DNA from: Hydrurus foetidus
Lineage: Eukaryota
Length of the DNA: 49,455 bases
Assembly (NCBI GenBank): GCA_900617105.1
Contig: UYFQ01000827.1
Location: 1-49,455 of the forward strand
Direction of reading: 5' to 3'
The translations under genes were made by a program, and so were the position numbers. Of this stretch, positions 11,855 through 24,426 are shown piece after piece. Each line of letters begins with the position of its first letter. The stretch's first letter is position 1. The notes under the pieces are model-generated. The model did no database searches. It was not told the DNA's origin and saw only the letters and a list, made by a program, of their open reading frames with translations.

Positions 11855-13633
11855 ATGACAGAGGCAATTCCTCCTTTAGAAAATCCAAATAGTGATTTTC
11901 TAGACGAGGTGGAATTAGCCCTTCAAAATCAGGAGGTTGTTCCGACACCACCTCTAGCACCTCGGGCGCGGAATCTCGGAGCCACAGCGCCAACTTTATT
12001 TTCGGACAATTTGGAGGCTCAGGATGCAGAGACAAGATTTTCCTTCGCCGATGTGGCAAGGCTCATCGACATTATGTCTTCTAAGATCCAACAGCCTCCA
12101 CCGTTGGTCTCCCAACCGAAATCAACAGTTGGATCTGCTTCTATTCCAACTGCTTCAACGCCCAAGGCTTCTTCTATCCTATCGGTGTCGATATCGGAAT
12201 ACCTGGATACAACCTCTGCGCAATCGAAATTCTTCTTTTCGATGCCCAAGTTTTCCAACTCTGGGAAGGACAACCGCGACAACATGGAAACGTTCATGGT
12301 CGCTCTAGGTGAATGTAAACTTCTTACATTAGCCAAAGGCGATCGTGAAATACCAGTCATTACTGCTCGGAACCCTGGAGGGTATTCACCTAGGTCACTG
12401 GTATTATCAGAAGAAGGATTGTATGATGTCATCCCAGCTGATGACATCTACAAAAGATTACACGATTTGGATCGCTTATTGGTTCTTCTCAACATGGTTA
12501 CTGGGAAGGATCTACATTATTTGATCAAGCGTGTGATTGCCGACAACGATGCGGTCTTATGGTTCAAGACTATCTACGATCACATCAACGGCACAAAGAA
12601 CAGTGACATCAGGAAGGCAACGGATCAGCTCCACTCCCTGAAGCTCAAGTCCACACAAACTATTCAGGAGAATGTGGCAACCATCGAAGAGGCCTTCAGA
12701 GTCCTCAAAGTCGCAAGTGGCGTGCCCGTCACTGATGATCAAAAGCTTTACCATCTACAAGAAAAGCTGGAGCATGATGCAAGATTCAGCGTCTTATCAA
12801 TCATGGCCTCATCAAAGACGTCAAAGGCATCCTACGACGACACCATCAAATACCTTGTGCTTCTTGATCCTGCCCCAGCGGTAGCTCACAAGATGGCTTC
12901 CCTTACTCCAACCTTGGAGCTGTGCAGACGTCACATCGCTGGCCTATGTACCAACGGTTCCTCATGCAAGTATTCACATGCAGCAGCGCCGCCAAACAAG
13001 GGAGCACCATCTGACAAGAAGCCCAACAAGAACCCACCTCCTCTCAAGAAAGATCAGAAGACTCCACCGAAGTTTCCTTTCAAGAAACCAATCATCGTGT
13101 CAGATTCCCATCGGTCACTGGTTGGCTATCCCAAAGGAGTTGCAACGGCAAAGAATCCAGCTGAATATTCGCTGAACCAACTTACAACCATCAGGACTTT
13201 ACAATCTGCTGATGTTGACGGCTGGGCAACAGGAGATCCTCAGTATTTCAATGGCGATGGATCTAGCAACCATATCGATCGGTTCAATGTTCTTCGCTTT
13301 AAAGAACAATCAACGACATCCATTGCAGAGTTCCCAGAGTTCTACCACCTTGAGCCCTTTCCAAGACTTCGTGAGATCAGGCGTCACCTGTTCACAATGC
13401 TCAACTCGGTCGAGAAGTACAACAGATTCGCCGGTTCATCTCCCAGCGACTACGATGGATCTCCTACTGATCCTCTCTCCGGAATTGTTGTCAGCTTCCA
13501 AGACCTGACAGCAGCTGAACCAAGGATGGTACACATCTTGGTGGCATTCACATGGCTTTCAGAGAGCCCAACCATCTCTAGATCCGTGAAAATCCGAGAA
13601 GATGTTCGTACAGCAGACAAACGGCTTACATAA
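11855..13633 (+). mobile_element. Copia-type gag/polyprotein N-terminus, 3'-truncated
   Basis: UBN2/gag_2-like segment (A.LWFKTIYDH..., TIQENVATIEEAF..L..SG..VTDDQKLYHL), CCCH finger at 12923-12979, no protease/IN/RT before host intron sequence. An upstream ATG at 11719 may be the true start via a frameshift. Confidence 0.7.
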
Positions 13634-13670
13634 CCTGTTCCCATTCTTTCTATCATCTATTAATCTGCAG

Positions 13671-15172
13671 CTATTCTGTACATATGGATGTGGTCGGAGA
13701 TACGGTCTGTTTGGGACATGTACATACTGCCCGACTGGCTGAATATCTTCGGATCATTTCTATACTGGCTGTCTGCATCCCAGTACACGTATCAGCAGCC
13801 TAATTCCATGTTAGTCGTGAGGCGTATTGAGCTGTTTGCCTCTACTGTTGAAGTGATAGCGATCATAGGATGGTGTTTGCAGTGGTATTGGGAGTATTAT
13901 GCAGACCTCGCCACCATTCCTCTGCCATGCGTAGGAAGAGGATTTACTCTCGATGACCCAGGTACTGCTCATTCACTCATTATTCCTGTCTGTATCAAGC
14001 TGCATTGCAACGCCATCCCTTGTTTTATCTTGTACTACTTCATTCTCCATTTCTTACTATCTCTCTCTCTCCGTCTGTCATGATTGTAACATCTTCCCAT
14101 GTTTCTGTCATTCTCTGCACTTTTCTACTTCCCATCGTGTCATATTTACCAACGAACATTCTGCTTGGGCAACAAATGTCGATTATACTTCTTGTCCTCG
14201 ATCGCATTGTGACGTATAATATGATTTAATCAGCTTTGCGCTTTCCAACACTACAATGAATGTGAATAAATATTACATTGCATCATCTTAATTATCATTC
14301 ATATTGTATTCCGTATTCCATATTCTGTATTTACAGATTTATGGGGATTATTAACATTGGGTATCGCCACTTCTTACTACTTGAAGTTCAACGCTGTGAT
14401 GTACTTCAACTTAGAAGAAGAGGCCCCTTCCTCTCTCTACCTCTACGGTGACTATTGGTACGTCATTAACTCTCTTGTCTATACGTTATGTGCTATGAGG
14501 GACAATGAGTTCTTTTGGTTCATGCCTACGAATGGGAGACCTCCCGCATTTTTGGACATAGCAAAAGCCCATTATTTCTCCAATTTAAATGCGAAAGTGT
14601 TCAATGATGTTGATAAAGACACGACAAGTCTGAAGAGTGGTGCAGATAAAAGCACAAGTAAGAGTGATAGTGGGTGGAGTATGAGCGGTAAAGGGAAAGG
14701 AAAGGGCATTAGTGGTGGTGGTGAGAATGATGATGGTGTGCATGATGCGTTGCTCTCTAACTCTGGTGTGGATGACGAAGATGAGGATAAGGATGTAAGG
14801 ACAGGTAGAGAGAGAGAGAGGGACAGTCGCAAGGAAAGAGACAGAGAGAGGGAAAGGGAGAAGGAAAAGGAGAAAATGAGAGAAGGTAGAGGAAGAGGCA
14901 GTGCAGTAACCACTGACGTCACTGCGGATCTTGGACCTGTATCTGGAATCAGCAAGATAATGGGTGGTTCCTTTTTGAATTGTCCAGCTTCAAGCAGTGT
15001 TATCCTCCGCTCTAACAATGTCTCCACGAATGATACCAACAGCAACAGCAATAATAATAGTAGTGTGAGTGGGATTGGAATTAATAGTGTAAGTGGCAAG
15101 GAGTCAGTTAGGGATGTGAAGGAAATGAGCATATTCAGCATCATTGGATATGGAAGCAGGAGGAGCGAGTGA
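13671..15172 (+). CDS. Multi-pass membrane protein of unknown function, last two exons only (13671-13961, 14337-15172)
   Basis: CTGCAG acceptor at 13670; GT-AG intron joins GFTLDDP-D-LWGLLTL in frame; Trp/Tyr-rich helices then a charged low-complexity tail. No upstream exon found. Confidence 0.7.
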
Positions 15173-15332
15173 CATATGACCACCATCAATAGGTGCTATA
15201 GAAACACTCTCACTAGACTAATTCAGATCACATCTGACGTTGCATTCTGCCAGACACACCCTCACATACGCATTCTACACTCACACATACATGTACATAC
15301 TTGCACACGCATATATAAATGCAGTTGTTCAT

Positions 15333-15388
15333 TCATACATACATACATACATACATACATACATACATACATACATACATACATACAT
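15333..15388 (+). repeat. (CATA)n microsatellite within a larger purine-pyrimidine-alternating tract (~15280-15495)
   Basis: Directly visible. Confidence 0.95.
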
Positions 15389-15727
15389 GCATGCACACGT
15401 ACATACACAATATATATGTGCATATAAATGTACATACAAATGTACATACACATATACATATATGCACGTACATACATGCGTGCGCGCACGTACAAAGCAT
15501 CGACAGAACCCATCACTCACCCACGCATCTGTAATCTCCTCTGCTCATTTTCACGGACTGGCATTGTAATGGCGCACTTTACTTCAAGTCAACCATTCTT
15601 TGCTTTCTATGAAATTCCCTTCATCACAATGTGATTGTCCCTGCTTTTGTACATTTATGCATTCTGTATTTGTGTCACTACACTCCGGATAGAATTCATC
15701 GAGTAGCAACCCCTACGGTCGTTTCCT

Positions 15728-15910
15728 CATCACATCATATCACATCACATCACACCATCACATCACACCATCAAATCACACCATACCACGTCATCCCCAC
15801 ATCACACCATATCACACTATGCCACACCGCACCATACCACCGTGTATCGAACCACTTCATAACAGCATCACATCAGCACAACACAGCACGGTGCAGCACA
15901 GCACACATTA
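15728..15910 (+). repeat. Degenerate pentamer repeat (ATCAC/ACCAT/AGCAC)n
   Basis: Directly visible low-complexity tract. Confidence 0.8.
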
Positions 15911-17889
15911 CTGTACTGACTACATTATCTTCCACCCCTCAACTTACCCCCACATACGCACACGCATGTACACGCACATACTCACAGTTAGCGCTCATTT
16001 GTGTGTATGCAAAACATTTCATTTAAATTTCTCAGTAATAGACCCAGGGCTCTTTGTTACATCGACTCCTTACCGTACGTACATTTACTTGATCGTGTAC
16101 CGTACCTCCATGTACTGAACACCTCTGAAATGGCACTTTACTTTTCCCTTTCTTTCCCTTATTAAATGTAAATTATATGGCTAATATAAACTACATTATT
16201 CGGACATACGCACTTTGCACTTTTATTTCGTAATAATGGAATGCTCAGTTGCGATACCCCACACAGCGTCAAAAATAATGTCAGTAATGGTTCTAAAAGA
16301 ACAGGAATAATTCACTCGCATCTCTCCCAATCAGTTGTGATTCCATTTATGATGATTTACCTACTGTTGGTATTTCTCTTCGTTGCAACGGTAGTATAGT
16401 TCACTTCCTTCACATGGGACGGCTAGATTTGAATAAACACTCCTGCTTCTTGTTCCCCTTTGGGGCTGCAATATCATGTACGTACGATACGTGTCTATTA
16501 CAGTACAGAGTGACATTGTCGCTGTGCGCAGGATAAGATGTCAGATTGATGAAGTTGAGTTTAACATTATCTCGACATGGCGGTGTGGATGGATGCCTGG
16601 CATGTCATAAGATGCTTGGAATTGAATTAAACTGATTGTGCTGTAGGCGTTGGGATTGATATACTCAACTTTACTTCACTCTACATGTATAGTAAGACCC
16701 GACCTGAAGAATGGAAAGAAGGAAGAGTGTCTCTCAGTCAGTCAAGAGATGGAGATGACGATGTAGGAGGAGGTGAAGTGCTTTTATTCCTGATATCACT
16801 TGTCAAAGTCGACATCATAGTGACCTGCTATTTCCCGAGATGTAATTGATTTTTAAGGAAATACTGTAATACGAAATCACTATCGATCTGGAATTCCAGA
16901 AGTAAAGTGACATCGTGCTTTGTGATAGATTTTGTCAAATGCGAATTAAGGAGGAGCTGTTTATGTAAGGGGGTCCTTTTGGACTTAACGCCCTTTTGGC
17001 AGGTGCGATACGATAGTGGTTGGTGTCTGAGCACACCACACTCTATTTGTCCGTTTTCCATTTTCACTTTCCAATATCAAATTGAGCAAAAAAAAAGAAT
17101 ATGAAAGAAGAGTAGTAACTTAGACAAGGGAAAAATTACATTTATAACGATGGCATCACAAAATGAATACTGAACTGCATCACATCATTCCTTCGATATC
17201 GCTGATAGTACCTCCCGCTTACGAAAAGTTTCTTTAAAACGCTGTCTAACTACAAATTCAATTATGTTATGATTGACTGAAATAATATCATTGAAATTTA
17301 GTATAATAAAGAGCCAAAAGAAAGTGGAAAATTTTCGATGAAGAAAATTCAGAAAGTTAATACGACCGATTATTATTGGATTTCGGTAATAGCTTGGCGC
17401 ATTTGTTTTGGAAAATCAGCGCCGTCATTCTTATTAAATTTTCCTGCTTGTCTACTTATTTTTTGTCTGTTTATCTGTCATACATACTCGAAAAGGAGAA
17501 AAGGAGAGACCAGACTTGAGAGAAGATGGAGTTATTTATTAGGTTTTAACTGTCTACCAGCCTCTACCTTCTCCTTCCCTGCTCCTATCCTATCCGATCA
17601 TCCCTCCCGTTCAAGTGAAGGAATGCAATGCAATGCACAGGACATATAATGCGTGTGAGGTCTGAGTGCCATAATAATGTAAGCATCGTGGATAGCGAAA
17701 GGTACAGTACAGAATGGGACAGAAGGGAAAGGAGCTGATTGCTCTTCTCACATCAGTTGACTCGACTCAACTCGATACGCTGACTAATCGGAAATACAAG
17801 TTACGCCACGTGTGTGTGGCAGTACAGAGCACGTTAACGACTATGATTCAAGGAATAGAAGATATGCTTGGTGAAGTTTGAAATACCCA

Positions 17890-18152
17890 CTGTGAGAGGG
17901 TGAAGGGTGGTGTAAGGAAAGGTGAGTGGTGAAGAGTGTGGCGCCGTAGATGGAATGGAATGGAAGGGAGTGAAGAGAAGAACAGAGGGTAGTGTAGTGC
18001 AGTGTAAAGTGGTGTGTAATAACAGGAGAGGAGAGGATAGGAGGTGAGAGGAGAGGAGGGGTGTGTCAGTAGCAGCAGGCTGCCTATTAGCTACTCGGTG
18101 TGACACTCACATGGCATGGCGATGCATGCCATGACTTGTGTGTGTGTGTGTG
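17890..18152 (+). repeat. Low-complexity pentamer tracts (GGAAT, GTGTA, GAGAG) and (GT)n
   Basis: Directly visible. Confidence 0.75.
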
Positions 18153-19118
18153 GTGTATAGGTATATCTTATTCTTATATTCTTAGATGATTAAAAGGAGT
18201 ACTGAGCACTTTTTACAGGCGCTTATTCAATGCCCAAGTGGCAAGGAAACAAAGCAACAAGCCAGTTCAGTTCAGTTTAGTTTTCATCACCGTTAAGACG
18301 AACATAAGCGACACTATGTCTTATGACAATGTCGATTTATTTTGTATTTCTAATCTTAATAATCCGCAGTAATTTGAGGCAAGAAAACGATTTGTTTGCC
18401 ACTTGTCAACTCTTCTTTAGCGGCGGTAGTATTTTGTATTCGGTATTTTGTATTTTCTAGATTAGTGTACTTTTGACTAAGACGGATGAAGATGGTGAGG
18501 AGGGCAATCGATTAAAAATGATTTTATTTCATTTCTGTTTTGATGTGCTCTTTTATGCTCTTCACTGCTCCCCTGCTGGGCAATTTCATCATCTACATCT
18601 TTAATTTCTAGTCGTATTTGTGGGTATTATAGCTAGAGCGTAATGTGCTGTGCTGTGCTGTATTGTACGTGTCTACAATTAAATTACTGTTAAGCGCTGA
18701 TTATGTGTGTAGTGTAGTGTAGTATAGTTTAGCGTGTTGTAGAGTAGTGTGGTGTTGTGGGACTTTTAGTCATCGTCAAATTGTCAAGTTAATTGTAATT
18801 CTCATGAATGTTCTTTCTCTTCATTTCTGATCGGATTTTTTTTTACCACTGCCGTAGAATCATTATTTCCCAACCGACAGATATCAAGCTCTCACTACTC
18901 AGACATGCTTACAGCTTGACTCATTTTAATGTACCACATCACGTTGACACAACACGACACACCACTCATTTATTCTTTCTGATTCTCCTTTTCGTTTTTA
19001 TGCCCCAATATCAAACCTTTGTTGTTTTCATTTTCCCTTTCTCTCTCACATGAAATCAGCTTACCTAATATCTACTATTGTACTGTACTCTGTTTTTTCA
19101 CTTATTTCTACCTTTATT

Positions 19119-22100
19119 TCACAATTTGTTGGCTGCAAGTGAGGCGAGTGATTTTTCAAGTCTGTTGCAGTGACCTACTTTAAACCCTGCAATAGATGCG
19201 AGGGCGTCCCTGCTTAACTCTCCTCTAGCTTGAGCGTCAAGAAGATCCTGGAAGGTTGATAAAGAGGAAGGAAAGAGAGAGAAATAAGAGAAATGAAATA
19301 AAGGGGAAGGGAGTAAAGAAAAGGGTGGGGAAAGAGAAGGAAAGAAGGGAGAAGCGAGGGGAAGGGAGGAGAAGAGAAGCGAGGGGGAGGGGAATGAAGG
19401 GAGGGAAATCATGAGAGTGACAGAGAAAATGACGATCAGCAGAAGTATATGTTGTGGAAGAGTGGTTTGATATGACGGAAGTGAAGTGCGGATGCATGCA
19501 ATCACAAAACAACAATACATTGATCAGAAATTAAGTTACTGCAGTGTGTAGATGATATTTACCTGTACAGTGACGAAGCCTCTATCGTCCCTTAGCTTAC
19601 TGATAAACCCCTCAATGATGTCAGAGTCGAAGCCACTGAACACGATATGCAGCCACACTTTGATCATCCACTTGTCGAGAGGAATGAACGTGTGTGTGTC
19701 CGTTGTGAGCATAGTGAAGTCGTCTTGAAGATAGTCAGCAGTGGGGTCCGATAGTGCGCTTGATGGCCTCCTTGAGAATTGTGTGTGTTCTTCATCATCT
19801 TCTTTATCCTCAACAGCACTACCTGCTACCTTAGTATCAAGTGAAAGAGATGTGACAGGCTGCCCTCTGTAACTGCTGTTCATTCCCATGCCCAACCCCA
19901 TCCCCATGATGGCATTAGCATCAGGACTAGCATTTCTCTTTCCACCATATTCAGACAATTCGATATCTTCCCTCTGACTTGTATTTTGATTTTGATTTAG
20001 TACTTGATTCTGTGAATTTGGTACGACATTCCCTGTTGTACCGTTGTTTGATCCGAATTGAATATGGGTGTTTGGGGAGGATAAAGTTGAGACGGGGTTA
20101 GAGGATGATGCCGCGCCATCGAATAGATACTTACTCATGCCTGGGAAACTTCGATCATCATCGTTGCTGACAGCCAATTCATTGTTGTTTATGATGCTGT
20201 TGTTGAATGAGAAACTGTCATTCTCAAGACCACTTGTGACACTCCCCCTCATCTCTTGAAAACTGCTCTGGAAGCTGTCTACATTGCTGTGTTCGCTGCC
20301 ACCTGCAATGCCCAGTGGCGGTGTCGAGTGGGTGCGTACGTTCACATCGTACGGGCTGGGCCCTCTCACAGCTCCGTCAGTAATGCCAGATGGCTGATCG
20401 TACGACAACGTGCTGTAGTCGGCACTACCGTAATCTGTGCTGATCTTCAAGCTATTGCTCATGTTAAGCAATGTGTGACTATGCTCTGTTTCATTGTTGA
20501 GTTTGATGGTTGTTGGAGAGTGAGCATCGTGGCTGGTTAAGTCGTTGCTATTGTCCTCTTCCAAACACTCCCTCACATCTTGTAAACTCACTAGTCCAGG
20601 GTTGCCTCTACGTATATCAAACTGTTTAGGAGGATAGTTGTGATTTCCTGGTGCAGCGTTGGTGTTGGTGTAGGTGTCTCTAATAACGAAGGCGCCTCTA
20701 CGCATAGGGTGATCATCTTCTATTCCCGTACCAGCTCCGAGAGGAATGTGTTTATACGAGTTCAAGGAGTCTAGAGTAGAGCCGAATGAGGAGGACCGGG
20801 AGACGGAGGAACGTACGCCATCATTGAACTGATCTTTATGTGCGAACGCTTCACCACTTGCACCTGAGTTGCGGTTCAAATACATATTCTCCAACCCCCC
20901 TCCTCCTCCCCCTCCCCCTCCCTGCCCCTGTCCTTGTCTCAGCTGACCATTAGGATTAAACAACTCCAACCCATCTTCATTTGTAGACACTTCGGATGAA
21001 TACGAATCCTGACCCCTCTCATACATACCCCCTGTTTTTGGGGCCCCAAACCCGTTCGGGCCGCCCACAGGACCAGTAGAACCTATCGCCCCAAAACCCA
21101 TAAACTGCCCAAATGGCTCGTTCTTATTGGGGAAGGCGTTTTGATCGCCTAGCATGAGGTTGTCTGTTGGAAAGCCTGGCATAGAGCGAGAGTGTTTCGA
21201 ACCATCAGCCATAGGGGGCTGAGCGTAATTAGAAAAGGATTCAGGTTCGTAATCGAGCAGATTGAGGTAGTGCTAGTAGTGACTGTCCCAGTGGTGTTGA
21301 CGGACACGTGGCAGCTCCAAGTGCGTATGCGTTTATCGCATTCATTCTTCTAAGGCTGGACCCAGAACTGATTCCAGGTATGGACCCAGAACTGATTCCA
21401 GATATGGACCCAGAACCAATTCCAGATGTGGACCCAGAACTGATTCCAGACCCCTTAAGTCCCGGTTTGTTAGTATACCGTATTGAGCCGTCCTCAGATT
21501 GGATGGAGTGCAACGCTTGGCCGTGAAGTGCGTTAAAATACGGTATAGTTTTAGGGGCTGTGACAGTGAGAGGAAATGATTTCTCAGATGTAGATGTGAT
21601 AGGTGTGACAGGTGTAACGGATGTGTTTGTGCAAGGGGAGGAATTAATGACGATCGGAATAGACGTTAGAATAGTGTTGGAAATTGAAGTGTAAGGGGTG
21701 TATGAGGTGGAAGTGTGAGAAGTGGAAGAAGAAGAAGAAGGAGAAGAGGTGAAGGAAGGGGCGAGAAGAGAAGATGTGGAGGGGGAAGGAGAAGAGGTGT
21801 GGGAGATAGGGGTGTGAATAGTAGAGGAGTGAGAAGTGGAGGAAACAAAGTGTGAGGTGGTGGAAGAGGAAGTGGTAGATGTTGTGATAGGTAATTCTTC
21901 TGTACGAGTTTCATGCGCATGATTTGTATTTCTAAGAATCTGTATTCTGTGTGCTTTATTTTTCATTTTCACATCTTCGGTATCACTGCTATAATTAAGA
22001 ATGTTTTCAATAGGATAAGAAAGTGTACGTTCACACTCAGCAAACTGTACAGACAATTTATCACTTGATTTAAAATTGCTTGATTTGCTGGGAGACAATA

Positions 22101-23760
22101 AATTTGCTGGTATTTCCTTTTCTAACGATCTTTTCCTTGGTGATTTTGAGGATTCAATTTTTGGAACTTTTTCAGGTGATTTCCAGAATACTCGATCTTT
22201 TTCTTTTTCCTTGTTTTTCTCTTTCACTCTCTCTATATCATTCTTTTTATCTCTGACAACTTTCACTTCCCTTTCCTCTTTCTCATTTTCAGCGTCATTT
22301 TCATTTATCTTCTTCACTGGATTTTGATATAACTTTTCATTTATTTTGCTATTTTCTCTCTCATAAAAATTTCTCGATCTTTCTACTGTACCAATTCTCA
22401 TTTCATTAGTTCTATGTGCGTTTTCTTCAGCTTCTTCTAGAACCTTCTCTAATACAGAAGGTTCATCATCATTTATTCTCGCAACAATTAATGCAATTTC
22501 ATGTAATGTCAGTCCGGCCGCCACACCATCAACTACTAATTGATGAGAAACTCGCACCAAAAACTGTGCATCTCCTGACAGATCAACTTGAGAAAGAACA
22601 TTCTTTAATATAGCTTCTACATCCAATTCAGAAAGATGCTTCTTTATTTCCGGATGTACTGCACGATTTACTTGAGGATAATAAAACCAAGCCCAGTCAA
22701 TTTCGTTGATCAATAATTTGGAAGGAAGACAATATCCATGATCGATATGAATAAGAGCATATGAATCGGAATTAGAAGATCCTTCCGATTTACTTGCTGT
22801 GACGTCGTCAAAGCAAAGATCGAATTCTTCATCGGAACAATACTTAGAAATCTTAGAATCTTCCGTGGAATAATCCTGCAATTTCGTTGGAGAACCTTCT
22901 CCATAGGAATCTTTGTGTATCGCTAGAATGTTCGAAGCATTCCTATCAGAATTGAGCAATCTCAAATCCAGAAGAGCTATTTTCTGAACTTCAAGGTCGC
23001 TTAGAACACTTATTCCGATATTCTCAAATGAATCAAATGCATGAACGAAGTTCTGCAGTGAGCCAAACTTGGGAAATGGATGACCGTTTCTACCTTCCCG
23101 TCCAGGATAGTTGAGTATAGGATGCTCGAAGTGGACTAGGGAAGTTGGAGGAACGCTGCGGTAGTTGTTGACATCCATTAAGTACGCAGCTACTTGTCGC
23201 ATGCAGCCATATCCCGGTTTATAATGCTGTCTCAAACCGGACTCCCCAGATCCTTCGTATCCTTTCGTGTTATGAGGCATCCCCTGCTCCTCATCCTGCG
23301 GTTTGAACACCGCTACCTTCCGACCCGTAGCAGATCTTAGGAAATAAACTCCTCCAGTGCAGTCCAACACATCCGTCTTGATAGGAATGTTATGCCTCTG
23401 CAGTCCAAGGCGCACGTCCGTCAATATCCGAGAACATTCCTCATCTAGCGCAGTGTCCTTCGCCCTGTTGAGAACGAAGTCAGAAGAACCCAGAGATGTC
23501 CTATCAATGATGGACAGTCGTAGGCTTTGGCCCGATTTCGATATCTTCAAGTCATGCATCGTGAGCGATGAGCTTAACGGTACAGAGCTGTCAGATTGAA
23601 ATAACTGCTGTCTAGAAGCGGCAACGTTCGTTATCCCATGCAGTAGATCCTTCACGTCTTTAATCTTTGTGAACCACCTAACCTCAACGGAGTAGACGTT
23701 ACTGTCGTCTCGCAGCTCCTGGACTTGTAAAGTGAACGCGTTCTGGGCTTGAGGCTTCAT
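19119..23760 (-). CDS. Type II PI4-kinase gamma-like protein: N-terminal ubiquitin-like domain, kinase domain, long disordered region, small C-terminal helical domain; exons 23760-19563 (1-nt frameshift at ~21243) and 19247-19119
   Basis: Ubl-like TKIKDVKDLL..SRQQLF; GGVYF, VFKPQDEE, RQVAAY, VPPT, GSLQNFV, DLRLLNSDRNASNIL, IDHGYCLP. Removing one base gives RLRTESFSNYAQPPMADG, joining the two ORFs; GT-AG intron 19562-19248. Confidence 0.85.
21358..21453 (-). repeat. Coding 24-bp tandem repeat x4 (SGISSGSI-like)
   Basis: GGACCCAGAACTGATTCCAGRTRT-like units on the plus strand. Confidence 0.9.
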
Positions 23761-24426
23761 CTTCAGCAGTATTATTCCTTATCAAAGACTGTAAAAAGAA
23801 ACTATCGTCCTCCTCTGACTGATTGAATAGAACCCTGGCGTAGTCTCATAGTCTATCTGAGAGTAACTTTGGGACTCCTGACACTGAGACAGGCTGCGAG
23901 TGTCGAGGAAAACGCTAGGTTATGGAGTCCTGCCACGCTGTGAGGGAAAGCAGCGCCGACTGTCACCGCGGGTTCATTCCCAGAGCTCTATTGATGGTGA
24001 AGGCAACGAACATGTCGAAGTTTCGCGACTACAGCAATCCCAAATCGAGAATAAAAAATTTTGACCCCAAATTTTGTCGGAGATACGACGGACCACGTGT
24101 CGACTGGACACCCCACCCCGCCCAGTAAACTACGAACTACGAACTACTGTACTGTATATGTTAGGCTACTCCTTATGACGCTTACAAAACATTTTTTACG
24201 TTTTCCTTTTTCTGTAGTTCGATTACAAATTTTTGGCGACATATTGGTACTACCCTTATGACGTTTACAGATTTTATTTTAATTTTCTGTAGTCGACACC
24301 GGCGACTCCCCTTGCGATGAGTACAGAAAACATTTCTTGTTTCCTTTAGAACCATCAAACTATCAGTTCTTTGATCAACCTCACATTCATATCATCAATT
24401 AAGATAAGAAATTGGTAAACTTGAAC

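Noticed and set aside
14572..15189. Antisense ORFs overlapping real genes (also within HK, Ngaro, piggyBac and Gypsy ORFs)
   Set aside because: Shadows of coding or low-complexity sequence on the opposite strand.
15176..16118. His/Thr/Tyr-rich ORFs
   Set aside because: Microsatellite and pentamer-repeat translations.
16120..19110. Coding genes in the long intergenic/UTR region
   Set aside because: Short ORFs without motifs; largely low-complexity sequence.
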